Source: Camelus dromedarius
Lineage: Eukaryota
Direction of reading: 5' to 3'
NCBI RefSeq assembly: GCF_036321535.1
Contig: NC_087438.1
Location: forward strand, 6,016,001 to 6,080,000
DNA length: 64,000 nucleotides
In this document: positions 39,608 to 53,440 of the stretch, one piece after another
How the letters are laid out: each line of letters begins with the position of its first letter
How positions within the stretch are numbered: position 1 is the stretch's first letter
Notes under the pieces: model-generated
Databases searched by the model: none
Seen by the model: only the letters and a program-made list of their open reading frames with translations
Told to the model about the DNA's origin: nothing
Made by a program: the position numbers and the translations under genes

Positions 39608-39784
39608 ACTTTTTAATGATGGCTGACAAGTGGGATACTGGCTGATGACTTGCGGCCAGGTGACAACAAGCCAGGTTCATTACAGGCTTGCTCATGGATG
39701 CACAGCCTTTCTGGAGTCATATTCTAACTTTAAACATTCCTTGTTAGGTAGTCTTCTACAACACATTACAAGCAACTCTGAAAG
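39608..39784 (+). other. Candidate exon (start uncertain), first part of a putative 98-aa ORF
   Basis: Strong donor AAG|GTAAGA at 39784/39785. Open frame from ATG 39645 (46 codons + 2 nt). The acceptor is weak or ambiguous. Confidence 0.3.
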
Positions 39785-40022
39785 GTAAGAAATGTATGAA
39801 CATCATACACGAGTTAAAAGGGGGTCAAGACAGCGATATAAAGTTCTGATAAGGTATCAGCATTTCAATTTCACTACTTTTCTATGAAAAAGAGTAAACA
39901 GTTCATTTAAACTCTATTATCAAACAAAGTTTCCAGAATGTAGAGTTTCAGTTTTGTTCTGGATAATCTTTAGGAACTTTAGTTGCCATTTTACCATTTT
40001 ATTTGCCCTTCAAATCTCGTAA

Positions 40023-40504
40023 TGTTACTGAGTCCCAGACTAGGCAATAAGTATAAAGATGAGTTAATGGGGCAAGGAATAGCCACTTTATTTGGAAAGC
40101 CAGCAGACTGAGAAGATGGTAGACTAGTGTCCAAAAGAATCATCTTACCTGAGTTAGAATGTAGGCTTCTTTTATACTAAAAAAGAGTGGGGGGCTGTGG
40201 CTGGTTGTTGGTGCTGGAATTCTCTGTTCTTTCCATGTAAGTCTGATCGCAATGTTCCTGTAAACCTCCAACAAGACAAATGTTATTATCTGTTCTGCAA
40301 CTTTTTGTCTCTATATGAATGGAAAAGAGTTATACCTTTAAAGATCAGCGCCTTGAGAATGGGCTAATCTGTGTATTTCAGACTACAGGCATCATTCTTT
40401 TACAAAAGGTGCAGAACCAGCATGACTGAGCACAGGCGGAGCACGAGGGTTAGATCTAAAGGAATAGATTCAATACGTAGTCAGGTTTGTCTTTTCCTAT
40501 TACA
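40023..40504 (-). mobile_element. ERV1-type solo LTR
   Basis: TGTTAC...TATTACA ends, reverse polyA signal (tttatt near 40087), reverse TATA (ttttata near 40170), and 4-bp flanks GTAA/ATAA. Confidence 0.85.
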
Positions 40505-41734
40505 ATAAGATCAATTAAAGGCTTTTCTATAGTAAAAAACAGAACCACATGATATGCTGGTCTCTCTGGCTCTCTGAAATTAAAGGACTCGGGGATTTAG
40601 ACATTTTCAACACTGGTAATGGAGTCTATAAATGCTGACAATATCCGTAAGGATTTGTTTGGACCTTCTGACTATAGTTTAGGATTTTTTGATCCTAAAG
40701 AGGGGCCCTGGCTGGGGGATACCTGAATTCATCTTTGTCCTGGTGCCCCTCCTATAGTGAGTTAATGCTCTGTGGGAGGGAATGAGAAGAATGGATGCAG
40801 ATGGTCAGAGAAAACTTCAGCTCCTGAATGCTGTCATCTGCTCTTCATGGAAACTTGGAGAAGATCCAGAGAATTGTGGGCCCACAGAGGAGAAGTGTGA
40901 TAAGAGGACATTTGTTGTACCATTAAGTCAACACTCCACAGCCTGATAGCATGACCTAATGCCATCCCCTAGGAACTGGAAATGTAGCTCACATATTTTC
41001 CAGGGGTGGAGGCAGGCCCAGGGTCAGCTGAACTGCTTCCTTCATACCTTTCCATCTTGACTAGCCCCTGAGTCAAGGATCTTACTGACCACTCTGATGA
41101 GGAAGAGTCTGTCTCAGGAAACCAGGACAGTCATCAAGAGGAAGCTAGCTTAACACCAGGGAGCACTGCCGACACTTCCTGATGAACGTGACCTCCTGAC
41201 TACATCTGCAAAGCTCTCATTTCTGGCAAATCTACATTTCATCTAGGTGGACTCGGGAAGGGCACTCTTTTATTAAGTATAATCTTGGAAAGCAAATAAA
41301 TAAACATGGAAAGCAGTACAAATCAGGAAGAAAAATGAAGTACTAATTGCCGTATGTTTTACACTGTAAGACCAAATTCCAGTCAATAGAACTGGAGACA
41401 CAAGAACCCACTGGGTGAAGTCAAATCATGTGATTTACTCTTAGCAGGTTGTACTTGATCCAGGGAGGAGCTGTCTATGAGAAGCTGAAAGCATTAACTC
41501 CTAATCCAATCTGGGATAAGGCTAACCATGTAAGATCACTTTAACACTTTTGACTTTGCTAGAAAGATTTTGCTTAGAATGCCCTAATAATTTGGAGCTT
41601 TAACCCAAGATAGAGTCAGCTGGGGTAAATAAATAAACCGTGTAAGCAGAATAATGGTGAGAAACACTTCTCACTGGTGATTCTGTTTCACTGCTAAGAG
41701 AAATTTTCTAGTAAAAAACAGAGTTAATGGGATA

Positions 41735-41860
41735 CTTAGCTCATCTTGATAGCATTAATTCTCTTGAATGAGCTGAGAGGAAGGTAGTTAACCAGGTTTA
41801 TTATTCCCATTTTACTGCATCACTAATACTCAATCGCTTGTCCCAGGTCCTGCATTGAGC
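41735..41860 (-). mobile_element. MIR fragment
   Basis: gaggaaggtag...ttattattcccattttac...cgcttgtcccaggtc. Confidence 0.55.
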
Positions 41861-42204
41861 TAATCCCATCCTTTTGCTTTATTTTCTCAACATTTTCCTG
41901 GACTGGCATTGTCATGAATGCAGCTGAATTCTCACCTTCTGTATAAATGCATTATGTAATAAACTAGAATGGCATTAAAAAGGGGCAGGTCATTAACTTG
42001 GGATAGGGTTTTATTATTTACCATCAGTTTTGGTCACTCTTCTTTCAACTTTTTGCCCTCTGGTCTCACCAGGGTTGACGTGAAGCCTATTCCAGTCACA
42101 CAAGGCTCTTCTTCCTCATCACCACTCCCCGACATTTGCTCAACCTTGAAAACTGTAGAGGATGCTAATATGATGATCATGGACTACTTTTTCTTACAGA
42201 TGTA

Positions 42205-42370
42205 GTGTCTGGCCCCTGTCAGCATCTGTGTGGCCTTAGACAAGTAGTTAACCAAACTCTCAGCGTCTAAAGGCAATGATGGTCCCAGCCTCATAAGGCT
42301 GCTGAGAAGAAATGAGTCAGTGCTTGTGAAAGAATTACTTATCTCTCCATGTTGTTGGCCATCATTAAGG
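42205..42370 (+). mobile_element. MIR
   Basis: ctgtgtggccttagacaagtagttaacc...cctcataaggctgctgagaagaaatgag...tgcttgtgaaag. Confidence 0.7.
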
Positions 42371-45029
42371 TTCTCCACTTCACCCTCACCGCCACTGAGT
42401 TTTGCTCCCCATTTTATGGGCATCCTAAACATCTTCATGTTTCAAGTTTATGCTCCATTTCTTTCTTACAAGCTTTGTTTGAAATTCCAGTCTCCACCGG
42501 TCTCCCATCTCCTTGAACTTCTACAAAGATGGTGGCTCCTAACGTCATACTTGATCCCATTCTTCCCAGGGTGCTCTGCTCTTAAGTCACAGATCTGAGT
42601 CGTCTTCACTCAGGATGTCTCTGTGCAAAGCCAAACTCTATGATGTGCGTTTCATCTGACTGACTAGATCCTGGGCATGCTCCTGTCTCCCTTCATGGAG
42701 ACAGTGTTATTGTCACTTCATAGGCTCTCCACACCACGGGCAAGAACACGTTTTAAGCTTCCATGTTTATTAAAAGTCTCCCTTTAGTGAGCCTCATAAG
42801 CTCTCTTGGTTTCATACATGAATGTTACTTAGCAGAGATGATGAAATTTGATCTAGTAAATAATTCATGCTTAAGCATAAATAACATGAAATTTTAGGGA
42901 AAAAAATAAGCCTTAGTGTTACCACTTTTGTGATTGGCATCTGGTCAGACTTGTATTCTTATAAATATGTTCTATGTGCAAAATTATCATATTTGATTCT
43001 AAGTAGGCTATGTGTTATGTCACTTCTTAAAATGTTTTTCTTTTGATTAGACTTGTATCTTATTGTTATGTTTTATTCCTACTAATTTAGGAAAAATCTG
43101 CCTTTAGGAATAAACTAAAAAATACATAAATATTTCCAAGTTCTAAAAACTTCTATTATTTGCTATATAAGTATGCCAAGAATGCTGTTAGCTACTAAAT
43201 TAGGCCAGAAATACATTAAGTACATTTGAAAATTCTCAGAAATACAGTGTACCCAGATATAAGCAGTTTCTAAAGAACCAAATAATTGTGATTGTCCTGA
43301 AGCTCTTTGATAATTTTTCTGTCCCTCAGCAGAGGGCTTTCAATAAATTTTGTTCAACGCTCAACAACACCCTGAGAATTATGAAGGCTCACACCATCCG
43401 CTAGAGGAGGAGAAGGCCACCATTTTCTGAAACTTCATAGTTCATCTGCTTGTATTGAGGCCGATGCTTTCTTCTGCCACATAGTACAACTTGAATAGTC
43501 TAAGGTGCTTTCCGTGACAGCATGAAAAACTCACAACATTCCTTGCAGGTGAATAACTGAACAAAGAAACCACTCATTGTATTTACTATTCGTAAGAAGC
43601 ACAAGGTTGACAATAAAATCTAGAAAGGAAGACTCTTAAGACAAAAAATATAGCAGCCTGGAAGTGGCCGGGCATCTTTTTGAGGCAAGCGAGACCTAGG
43701 GTCTTGGTCTTTGAGTGATGGAGAGAAAGCTCTGGGCAGCGGCAGGGATGTTTCCACCAGCTCACATGCTTGGCAGGTTCTCTGCAACCAGGAGTAGAGT
43801 CCCCTCCGAGTGCTCCCGCCCCGGGGGCTGTGGGCAGAGGGCTCCAGGTGCCCTTCTAGGTTTGCTGTGAAACAAAGAGGCTCCAACTCTCTGTGATCTT
43901 CCCCAGAGCGAAGATGATTTCACTTGGAAACATTTTTTTTTTAACATTGTTTATTCCTGGGAGATTATTTAACATTGTTTATTGTTGGGAACCCTCTACT
44001 TGGCTCCACCCACTGCTTAGGGTCCCTGCACCTCCCTTTGGTCTTTTCTGTATCAGCCCAGTCCTATTCTCACAGCTGTGGCCTGGCTGGATCCTGACGC
44101 TTCTGAAACTTCACAGTCATTCCTCTGAATTCTCACCTTCATGAATGGATAGAATTTAAAAGAGACAACATCGTCCCACTCCTTGTGTTTGGCATATAGA
44201 TTGTAAACATCCATTAAGCTGTTTGTTTTTAACGGTGTGTTTTTTATATATTACTATTTACTTGCCTTTTCAGTTGTCAGGCAGCCTCTTCCCTCCCCTC
44301 TTCTTTAATGTGCTTCAGTCCATCTGTGTTGTTTTTTTTTTTTTTTTAAGGATTTTGACCTATGATTAGAAACACCTTCTCTCATTGCATCCCTATAAAT
44401 ATTTATGAGCTTTGTTCTGGGACACAGTTACTTAGCAAGTCACTTAGAAACTAGCTGATGTTTTGAGGTCATTTTTCTCCATATCAATTACCAAACTCTG
44501 ATCTGAGAAAATCTCCTTGATAATTCCTCTCCACTCTTCCCTATTCTTATCTACTTCAAGGGAGTGTCACATGAATTTACAAGATAATTTTCTTAAAATA
44601 ATTAAGACTGTTCAAGAGAGAGATTTTACTTAAGTATTAAAGTTACCTCAGTGCTTTACCTCATACATATTCACAAATAAAGAGATAATAATACAAGAAT
44701 GACAAGTGGGCTTGGATGCGTTAAGAATTTAAACTATGTGTGCATGAATTAAAGACTCAGGCTTAGCATAAATAATTTACAGGAGGTTTAAGGACAAGGC
44801 TTGGAGAAATTCAAATGTGGATATGAATCATCGAATGTTGAGCATTGGTAAAGGACAGAATTAAAAGAAAACATGTGTTGAGTATTTCAAGCGTGAACAT
44901 TTTCATTGTATTTAACATTTTTATTTAATATTTTCTGAAAATACTGTGACATCTACTAATTAGATTAATGCTGCAGGGGATGATTAAGACCTAAACTTGC
45001 AGCAGCTTACCATGGAAATTTGATGATGC

Positions 45030-45455
45030 ATTTTGGGGGTCAGCTGGGATACAGAGGCTACACTAGGCATTTGGGGGATAAGGTTTAATACAGGAAACAG
45101 CATCTTACATAACTCCTGAAACTCAGGAAACCTGCCGGACCACCTAAGTCCACCTGACGCACTGAGGCGGGTGTTTCTCAGACTCACCTGGAACCTGCAG
45201 AGGTTCTCAGGAATCTCAGAGAAGCTCCTGTCAGCTGTCCGGGTCAGTGGCCGTGTGGAGGAGGCTTCTCGGGGGCTCACGGGGAGGACACAGTGAACCC
45301 TGGTTCTCCCCGGAGTCCACTGCAGCTGGCGCTGAGGATGATGGCTTCTCCTCTGCCATCTTCCAAGTCATGTGCAGATTTTCTCCATGGCAGACTCAGT
45401 CACCCTGAGCCTTGTCCTGAAGGGAATGGTCACGTTGCTGGGAACTTGTAGAAAA
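45030..45455 (-). mobile_element. Old ERVL-class LTR (subfamily uncertain)
   Basis: gggtcagctgggatacagaggctacactaggcattt...tttaatacaggaaa at one end; ctccatggcaga...aagggaatgg...ctgggaacttgtag at the other. Confidence 0.5.
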
Positions 45456-45821
45456 CCTACCGCCACTATCAAGTGATGAAGAAGGATCTCAAGTTTGCTT
45501 ATAAAATGCAATTTTTATTTGGACATAGAGAGCCTTTCAAGTTTCACTCAATCATGTATAGTATGGTTACGTGAAGTTTTAAAAATATATGCCTTTTACA
45601 ACCTTGTTTTGGCTAGAAAATAGAGTTTTAGATTGCATTCATCATTGTGAGAAAAATTAGCGGTTACCTGAATTTCCACTGGTAATGTTCAGTAAGCAAT
45701 TAGGGAATCAACACATTTGTGTTTTCTGAAGCACCTTCTATTCAGTCTGGAAAGAGATTTGAGAAATTACTTAAGCTAGGAACATGTTATACATTTTATT
45801 TACCTAAATAAGCCTCATTTG

Positions 45822-45850
45822 ATGAATGAATGAATGAATGAATGAATGAA
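45822..45850. repeat. (GAAT)n tetranucleotide repeat
   Basis: About 7 units directly visible; possibly an expanded L2 tail. Confidence 0.9.
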
Positions 45851-46853
45851 AGGAATTATTTGAGTAATGTGTTTGCTGCTCTGTCTCCAAAACCAGGCTC
45901 TTAAAATCAGGAACTTTTTTTTTGCCTTCATCTAACAATATCTGCCACATTAATTTTTATGAATGAATAAAAGTGGAAATTACTGACAGATGTGCCTGAT
46001 CAGCCCTTTTCTTCTCAACTGAAAATGCTAATATTTATTTGTGCAAAAGGATTTTAATTATACATTCACATCACACCGACTGACTTCTCTTACGCTACTG
46101 TCCCCTTGTGCTATTGAAGTTCAAATAAAATCCACACCACTGGTATTAGTCACATGCTCTTATTTAGTTTTTGCAATGTCACATGCATGTTTACTGCAAA
46201 AAGCTACGAAGAGAGATATACTGTGTTTCCCCAAAGAGGCATTACTGTTTAAAGACATAGAAGAAGATTTTTACTGTATGTCTTCAGGTCGTCTGAGTTG
46301 TCACTAAACAGATTTAACCACTAGCAGCTGCTTCTTCAGGGATTATCTGCAATTTGTTTAAAATTTGAGAACAGTTAACAGAAACACTGCACTATGCTAG
46401 GCAATAATTACAGCTCTGACAAAGATATTTTACAGATCATATGTCTCCAAACATTTTTCTTTTGTTATAAAGTAATCTCAGCACAAAAGGTCTTGCCTTG
46501 TAGAGGCATTATCTAAAAATTTTAGGCAAAGTAGATATAAAAGTGAATAAACCAGAAGATAATAAAAAGTGTATTTCCATGTGATCTGAGGTTTAGTGTA
46601 ATATTATACTTTAAATTCTACAAAGCAACTTCTTATTCATGGGGTTTTCAAGCATGTAATTGCAAAATGCAATTCACAATGCTGGCTGATGTGGCACATA
46701 TGGAGTTGGTGTATAGTCATGTCAGGGGCGATCTTAGCCCACAGGAAATCGGGAAGCACTGGGCACTTGCCACTTTATGTGTGTGTAAAGAAAACCTCAA
46801 ATGAAAAGTAGTAATAGAAATTAAGTAGAGTTCTTCAAAAAGGGAACATGAAG

Positions 46854-46922
46854 AGTGTGTGTGTGAGTGTGTATGTGTGAGTGTGTGTGTGTGTGTGTGA
46901 GTGTGTGTGTGTGCGTGCGTGC
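46854..46922. repeat. Interrupted (TG)n microsatellite
   Basis: Directly visible; explains the His/Thr and Cys/Val ORFs at this position. Confidence 0.95.
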
Positions 46923-48734
46923 ACACCGTGAGAGCAGCTGCGTCCTGCAGCCCTCTCAGAACTGTGCCTCCAGGGAGAACAGATGCCCACCTGTACTTTC
47001 CGCTGTGACTTACAATAACAGAGGCACCTTCTCAGGACAGATTGTAGCATCCTTGGCATTACTGCATTACTGGTCCTAATCAGCTGTTACATTGTTAGTT
47101 TTGGTCATGGAACAAGTACTACATTTTAAAATGATTATGACATATTAAGTAAATAAAATATCTATTTGAGTGTGATTAATGTTGTTCTTTTAATGGAAAA
47201 TCTAACTGATAATATTTTCTATCACTGGCACGTATTTTAATTTGCCAGTAGGTCTCCATGACAATAGAGAAGGTAAATCTGCTATTTGAGATATCTGTGC
47301 CTTTTCTGTAATTAACTATGGAAAAAATCAATTATTATAGAAGGTGCACAGTAATAATTAGTCTTGTAAGTTTATCTCATAGATGACTGAACATTTTGAA
47401 GACTTAATTACATATTAATAAAAAAATTGACATTATAAGGAATATTACAACAGGTTATTGCATCTGCATCTGTTGATTAAGCACAGGAAATTGATATTTG
47501 TCCACCAGGAAATATATCTTGCATTTATGCAATCACATATCATAAAGAAAGCAGTTATGTTGTCTTGATGAATAAATAAAAACTGCTGTTTTTATACCCC
47601 AAATTGTTGGTCTATATTTTACCTTCATTTGTTGATTTTTAAAACATCAATGAAATTATTCACTCTGTTAGAGTGGATAAATTCATTCTGTTATACTAAA
47701 ATATGACATGTCAAGTTTCTGTTCTTTGGCAGATTTTTAGATGAATGAAGTAGTAGCTTAGCATTTATTATAGCTTTGTATATCCTATAGTAATAAAAAT
47801 AAACTAGTAAAGCTCATTTTAAAGCAATCAGTTCAAATGACTGAAAGTCTACAGAAATATCTAGACAGAATGTGCAGCTCAGATTGTAAGCACTCCATCA
47901 GAGACAATACCAATGTGATTCTGGTCTGCATGAAATCACTGCAAGCTAAAACTGGGGAAAAAAAAAAACTGATATGCACTTGATTAAGATCTTTAATACC
48001 TCCTCACACATGCATTTTTTTTAATGTATATTTTTGTCAGTCCCTTAGTGTATTTATATAGGAACAATTTTTCTATGAATTAAATTGAATATAAAACTCC
48101 TCAAGGACATTATGTTAAAAATATTGAATAGCATTAGAAATTTTCAGCTTAAGAATTTAACCTGCAGGAAAAATGGAGATTTCAAATGCTGTGAATTATT
48201 TTAGTAATGCCAAACCTTGTCATACAACACTGAAATTTTGCTTAAGATTAAATAATTTTTTGTAGTGATAAAAATCAACATTAAAAATATAATTTTATTG
48301 TTTTATGTTTTATAATGTATGTAGTGATTAGTAACAAAGTCATGTTCTTATGTATGGTGGAATTTACTTTTTTACATACAAAGAAGTGACCTATAATAAC
48401 TTTGAATGGAGACACATTTTTGTAAGTATGCCACTGGTAAAGACAAGAGAGGGAAGGGAGAGTATATTCAAAGAGGAAAAGAAGACAGGAAGAGAGGTAA
48501 GAGACATGTGGGGATCGTGGTAGTTTTAATAATCTGGATGACAAGCATCCTTGTTGGTGAGCACTGTCTGTTAGGACCCTGACTGAACACAGCTAATCTC
48601 TTGAGCATCCTCAGGCAAGCCCACAGAGGAGTTCTGGAGCCAGTTCACCCCCTCCCTACTATTTGTGTAACCTCGGAATAGACCCAGGTATGTTTGTGTG
48701 GTAGGAACATCCTTAACTCTTAATTCTGTTGCTA

Positions 48735-49900
48735 TAGAAATGCCAACCCATTGTTTCTGGCTTCCAGTGCTTCTGTTAAGAAGGTAGCTCCCAGACTTGG
48801 GGTTTTTCCTGTGAAGATCAAAGATCGTATGCCTTTTATTTATTATTTTAGTAGTACCAAATTTAAATGTTATATTTCCTTTGATTTTCAAAAGTTTTAC
48901 TATGATGTTCCTAGGCGTTTTCACTCTGTTTTCCTCTTTGGGGGTTCTCTGAGGTTTTTAATGTGTAAATTGATGATTTTCATCACCATGACTTTGATTT
49001 TTGCTTTTACTCATTCTTCTTCACTTTTTAACTATTATGTGTATTTATTTACATATGTTTTATATATGTATATATTATATGATAGTAAATATATTATATA
49101 CATAAATTTCTACTGGTCTGATTTGCTCTTAAGCCAATTTACAGAGTTAAAAATTTCAAATACTGTATTTTTTTCACCTCTTTGCCTAGTTTTATAAATT
49201 TCCAATTCTCCATTCTTCCCTATGGCTTGTATGTATTTTTTCTAAATTTCCTTGAACATGTAAATAATGGTTTTATAGATCCTTGTGTACTAACTCCAAT
49301 GTCTGAACCAACTATGAGTGGGTCTCCTTGGACTGTTTTTCTTTTTTTATTTGATTTTTTTTTTTTTCTTTTCATGTCTCAGTTTTGGTTTTTGTTTTAT
49401 AGCAGATATGATAGAGGAAAACATGTGGAGGCTCCAGGTGCTGCTTTCTCCAGCAGGAAAGATTTTTAGATAAGGATGTTGAAGGACTGATAACCTCAAT
49501 TCAATCAGGATATGGAGCTGAGATGAGATTTAGTATTATTCACTTTTATTTTGTTTTTTTTGTTTTTTTTTTGTTTCTTTGTTTGTTCTTCTGGGTGTAG
49601 GTTTCTAGGATTTTAATTGTGAGCCTGGTGGGCATCCATCTCCTTAGCTCTAAAAAATATGATTGGAAATTCAGCTTTGCCCTTTAGAAATTACCAGCTT
49701 CATTGTTGGGCCACAAACCATTGTAATTTGACAGTATCATGGGGGAGAGACAAGATGTATGTTTGAGGAATTTCCCCTTTGTGGGACTTGGTTCCTAAAC
49801 ACTTTGAGACTGTAAGATATTTTACTGTGCATTAGAAAAGCCTCTATTCTAGCTCTAACTTATTCTCTATATTACCAACATCCTTCCTAACATTGGGTAT
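48735..49900 (-). mobile_element. Old L1 ORF1/5' region fragments
   Basis: The minus ORF 48571-48924 begins KTPRNIIVKLLKIK, matching L1 ORF1 TPRHIIVKL.K.K. Right boundary approximate. Confidence 0.7.
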
Positions 49901-50299
49901 ATGTTAAATCTATTTAACTTTGGATCCGTTCTTTCCAATAATTCTATGATTTTTTTTTTATTTTTATTTTATAAAGTTTTTTTACCCTTGGGTAGCTAAT
50001 TCATGGCTAGCTTATTTGGAAAGTGATTTTAGGAAGCATATGAGAGAGTAGGGAGAATGCAATTGTTACTATTGTTGCATAACAAATTAACTCCAAGCTT
50101 AGAGTCTTAAAATTATCATTTCTGTTTTGTGTGTGTGTGTATATGGGTTTGTTTGTTTGTTTTGTTCTTGAATTTTTGGATCAGGAATTTGGGTTGGGTT
50201 GCTAGAGCCCACATTTTATCTATAAATAAGTTACATTTCTTCTACATGAAAAATTCACTTATCTCTCTCCATGAGCCCTCATCCTGTTACAGCAATGGA

Positions 50300-50440
50300 G
50301 ATTGCATCATTAAAATCCACGTCACCTGAGAATTTGTTGGAAAGGTAAATTCTCACTAACTCTCTCTCCAGATCTACTAACTCAGACACTTCGGGAGTAA
50401 TCTCATGTATCTCTATTTTAACAAGCCCTCCCAGTGAATA
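50300..50440. mobile_element. MER5A-like hAT MITE
   Basis: tcacctgagaatttgttggaaaggtaaattctc...ccagatctactaactcagacact...ttttaacaagccctcccagtga. Confidence 0.8.
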
Positions 50441-50479
50441 AGTAAGAATGTAATGTATTTGACATTGACTGAGGATATA

Positions 50480-50942
50480 GTGAGACAAAGTGACTAAGTT
50501 TCCAACATTTCTGGTTTGGACAAATTAATAAATCAGCTAAGATTTCAAGAAACGATTCAAAGATTGCAAAGAGGGCTGAGATGTAACTATGATTTAAACA
50601 TATTGTGTGTGTGTGCCTATAGCATATCCAAAAGACCATATCCCAGCCATATGCCAGCAGGAAACTAAACATATGCCCCCCAAACTGAAGGCAATGATAA
50701 GGGCTGAAGTTATAAATTTGAGAATAATCAGCAAACTGTTGGACAAAACTGCTATTTTGGGCAAAGTTGCCCAAGAAAGGCATGAAGAAAGAGAATAACA
50801 ATGAACCAAAAATAGAATTCTGGGGGTTTACGTTGTATAATAAGTGCGCAGTGAGACAGAGAAGAGAGATCAGTGAAAGGAAATGGTAAGAAAAGACTGG
50901 AATTAAAGAGATCAAGCCAGGAAAGAGAAGAGTTGTGCAAAA
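50480..50942 (-). mobile_element. L2 fragment
   Basis: gactaagtttccaac...ggctgaagttataaatttgagaataatcagcaaac...atcaagccaggaaagagaagagtt. Confidence 0.7.
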
Positions 50943-51410
50943 TGTATTAGTCAGATGGTTTCAGTTCCCTATCAATAAAAATTCATTCAATTTTTTTTTA
51001 GCCCAGAGGAGGAAATTAATTCATTAAATAATAGGGACATCTGAGTGAGACTTGCTTCAGCCCAGATGCCTTAAGTAGTTCAAAAGATGTATTAATATTC
51101 TTTGTTCTTGATTTCCCTTCGTGTTATTTTCCTCATTATTGGCTCAAATCTCAAGCTGATTCCTGCCTTGGGAGGACCATCAGCAGCTTCAGTGAACATT
51201 TTCTATCATCCTTGAAGTAAACACTGAACACAAGGAATTCAATGCTTGTACTGGTTTGGCCTGGGTTACCTGCCCATCCCCAAAGTCAAGAGTAGCCACC
51301 AAAACAACATACAGTAAAACTGCAAGGTACCTAACTCTTCAAGGAAAATACAGGTTATTTAATGAATAAGGAGCCAGAAGCACACATATGCACAGAACAT
51401 GCCCAATAGA
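50943..51410 (-). mobile_element. Old MaLR LTR (MLT1K/L-like)
   Basis: tgtattagtcagatggtttcagtt...ttggctcaaatctcaagctg...tggcctgggttacctgcccatcccc. Confidence 0.65.
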
Positions 51411-51656
51411 TGTAAGTGAATAAATATCTTCAAGGAGTTAATTATTGATGCAAAATTCTATAGAAAGATTCATGAAAATAGTAGTCATTAGTGTTAGTGG
51501 GTCATTATCCCCCAAAATATGATTGTCTTTTAAAACAGCCAGTAATGGGATTTTTCTCTTCCAAGACTTACACTAAATGCAGTTTTTTTCACACAAGTTA
51601 ACTTTTTCCTTGTAGCATCCAATTAGATTATTATTCTAACTCTTTAAAATATGCAG

Positions 51657-51738
51657 TTTTACCTATGGGAGACATCTGAAACAATTTCTTGCAATGGCAC
51701 ATATCCAAATGGATTCCTACTCTGTATTATTTTCCAAG
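51657..51738 (+). other. Candidate internal exon (82 nt)
   Basis: Branch point TTCTAAC (51634-51640), acceptor TGCAG and donor AAG|GTAACT. Two of three frames are open. Confidence 0.4.
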
Positions 51739-53159
51739 GTAACTAAATATTAGTTATATTTTTAAAAATCACCTTTTCAAAGTTTGATCTTGCTTTCATA
51801 ACAGCAAAGTAAATGTATTTACTGAATGATTATGAAGATGTTTAAATGGAAACCCAAACACATTGGTGAATTAGTCCATTATTTTCTATCAGTTTTCCTT
51901 ATCAAAAAATGTATTTAAAGTTTCAATGAATTTTACATATTTTGGGAACTGTACATTTTTCAATATTTTCTTCATAAGTTTTATAATTTAACAATTACTT
52001 AAAATTAAATACAGGAAGTAGTTGATTTGGAAGAATCAACCAAGAAAGAAAAATTAACTATACTTCCTCCTGCTGTGATGACAGACCCAGCTTTGTATTC
52101 TGATACAAATATCTTCTTCATAAAATTTTATTAATTTTTCCGCTTCCCTCACTTCATTATTCAGCCTAAAATGTTGCTTGTGGCTATTACTGTTCTGAGG
52201 CAATTTGCTATAAACTGCTTCATGCTATTTAAGAAGAATATATAAAAATGACTGAAACGAGTAAGTGATTGGGTTATGAGTCGTTCGATGTCTCATTAGC
52301 GGTATTTTGTAACTTAGCCTTCCATACTCAGATGAGGTTGTAGGCTGCGACACAATCCTCACTCATAACATTTCACATTCTATGTGCTGTCACAAAAATT
52401 TGCTCTTTCTTTAAACCCCCTTAGTGGCAAAATGAGAAAGGCTAGAAAATGAACAAAATAATATATCTCTCTAGGACTTGAAAGAAAATCTTTCTTTAGT
52501 CTGCATGCTTTTGAAATTTGGGGCAATGTCTTCCTCATTTACTAGTTTTCAGGGACTGTGCTGAAACGATTGCCCTTCCACATTCCTGAACGCTGATCAG
52601 AGCCGGAGGGTTTCTTTATAGGAGTGATAATTATACCATAGATTTGCATAAGAAAATAAACATTTAGAGCAGTGTCCTCTAATACAGTCAATGTTTATAA
52701 GGAATTATTAATGCAGAAGTCACTTTCTGTATATATTTTTCTCATGAAGTAACATTTTAAGTCATCATTTAATGAGTAAGTGATGCTTCTTTGACCAGAT
52801 ATGTTACAGTATTCTAAAATGATGTAGAGAAACCAGCTAACTACCAAAGGTATTATATATCCATTACATTCTATAATACAGGGTGAAGATTATTTTTAGG
52901 GACACTTATTCAAGGTTTTTGGGTCATAATATTTTATGTTCAACAAGGTAATATTTATGTGATGCAATGAATCCTTTGATGACTTTGATAAATTTGATGA
53001 CTTCAGCAACTTATGGCCACATTATGCTAGTGATTTACAAAGATTCATTTGATTAGCTTCCAATTTCCCTCTTTTCTTTCCTAACTGAAAATGTCTTTAA
53101 CTCATCTCATTCATGATCATATTTTATATGAATTTCTATATGCAGTGTTCTGACCTTTC

Positions 53160-53440
53160 TATATCAATTAGGATTTAATTTCAGCTCCTAGTAACAGAAA
53201 CCTGACTTCAGATGTCTGTACTCATAAGGATTCATTGCATCACATAAAAGGGCAGTGGAAGTTAGCTCTCCAGGGTTCAGGAACCAGCTCCACCAAGTTG
53301 TTAGTGCTCTAATGTAGGTAAATCTTCTATCTATTTTTCCACTTTCCGCATAAAGCTTCCAGCCATAAGAACACCTCATATACCAGCATGGCAGCCCCCA
53401 TGCCCATCACTTCAACATTCCTGAATGTTAATAGTAGGAA
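53160..53440 (-). mobile_element. Old MaLR LTR (MLT1J/K-like)
   Basis: tatatcaattaggatttaatttcagctcctagtaacagaaacctgact...catcacataaaag...ccagggt...agcatggcagcc. Confidence 0.65.

Noticed and set aside
48751..49197. 148-aa Phe/Tyr/Ile-rich ORF resembling a membrane protein
   Set aside because: Antisense of AT-rich L1 sequence; compositional artefact.
50418..50915. Longest ORF in the window (165 aa, hydrophobic)
   Set aside because: Lies within an L2 fragment; chance open frame in pyrimidine-rich repeat sequence.
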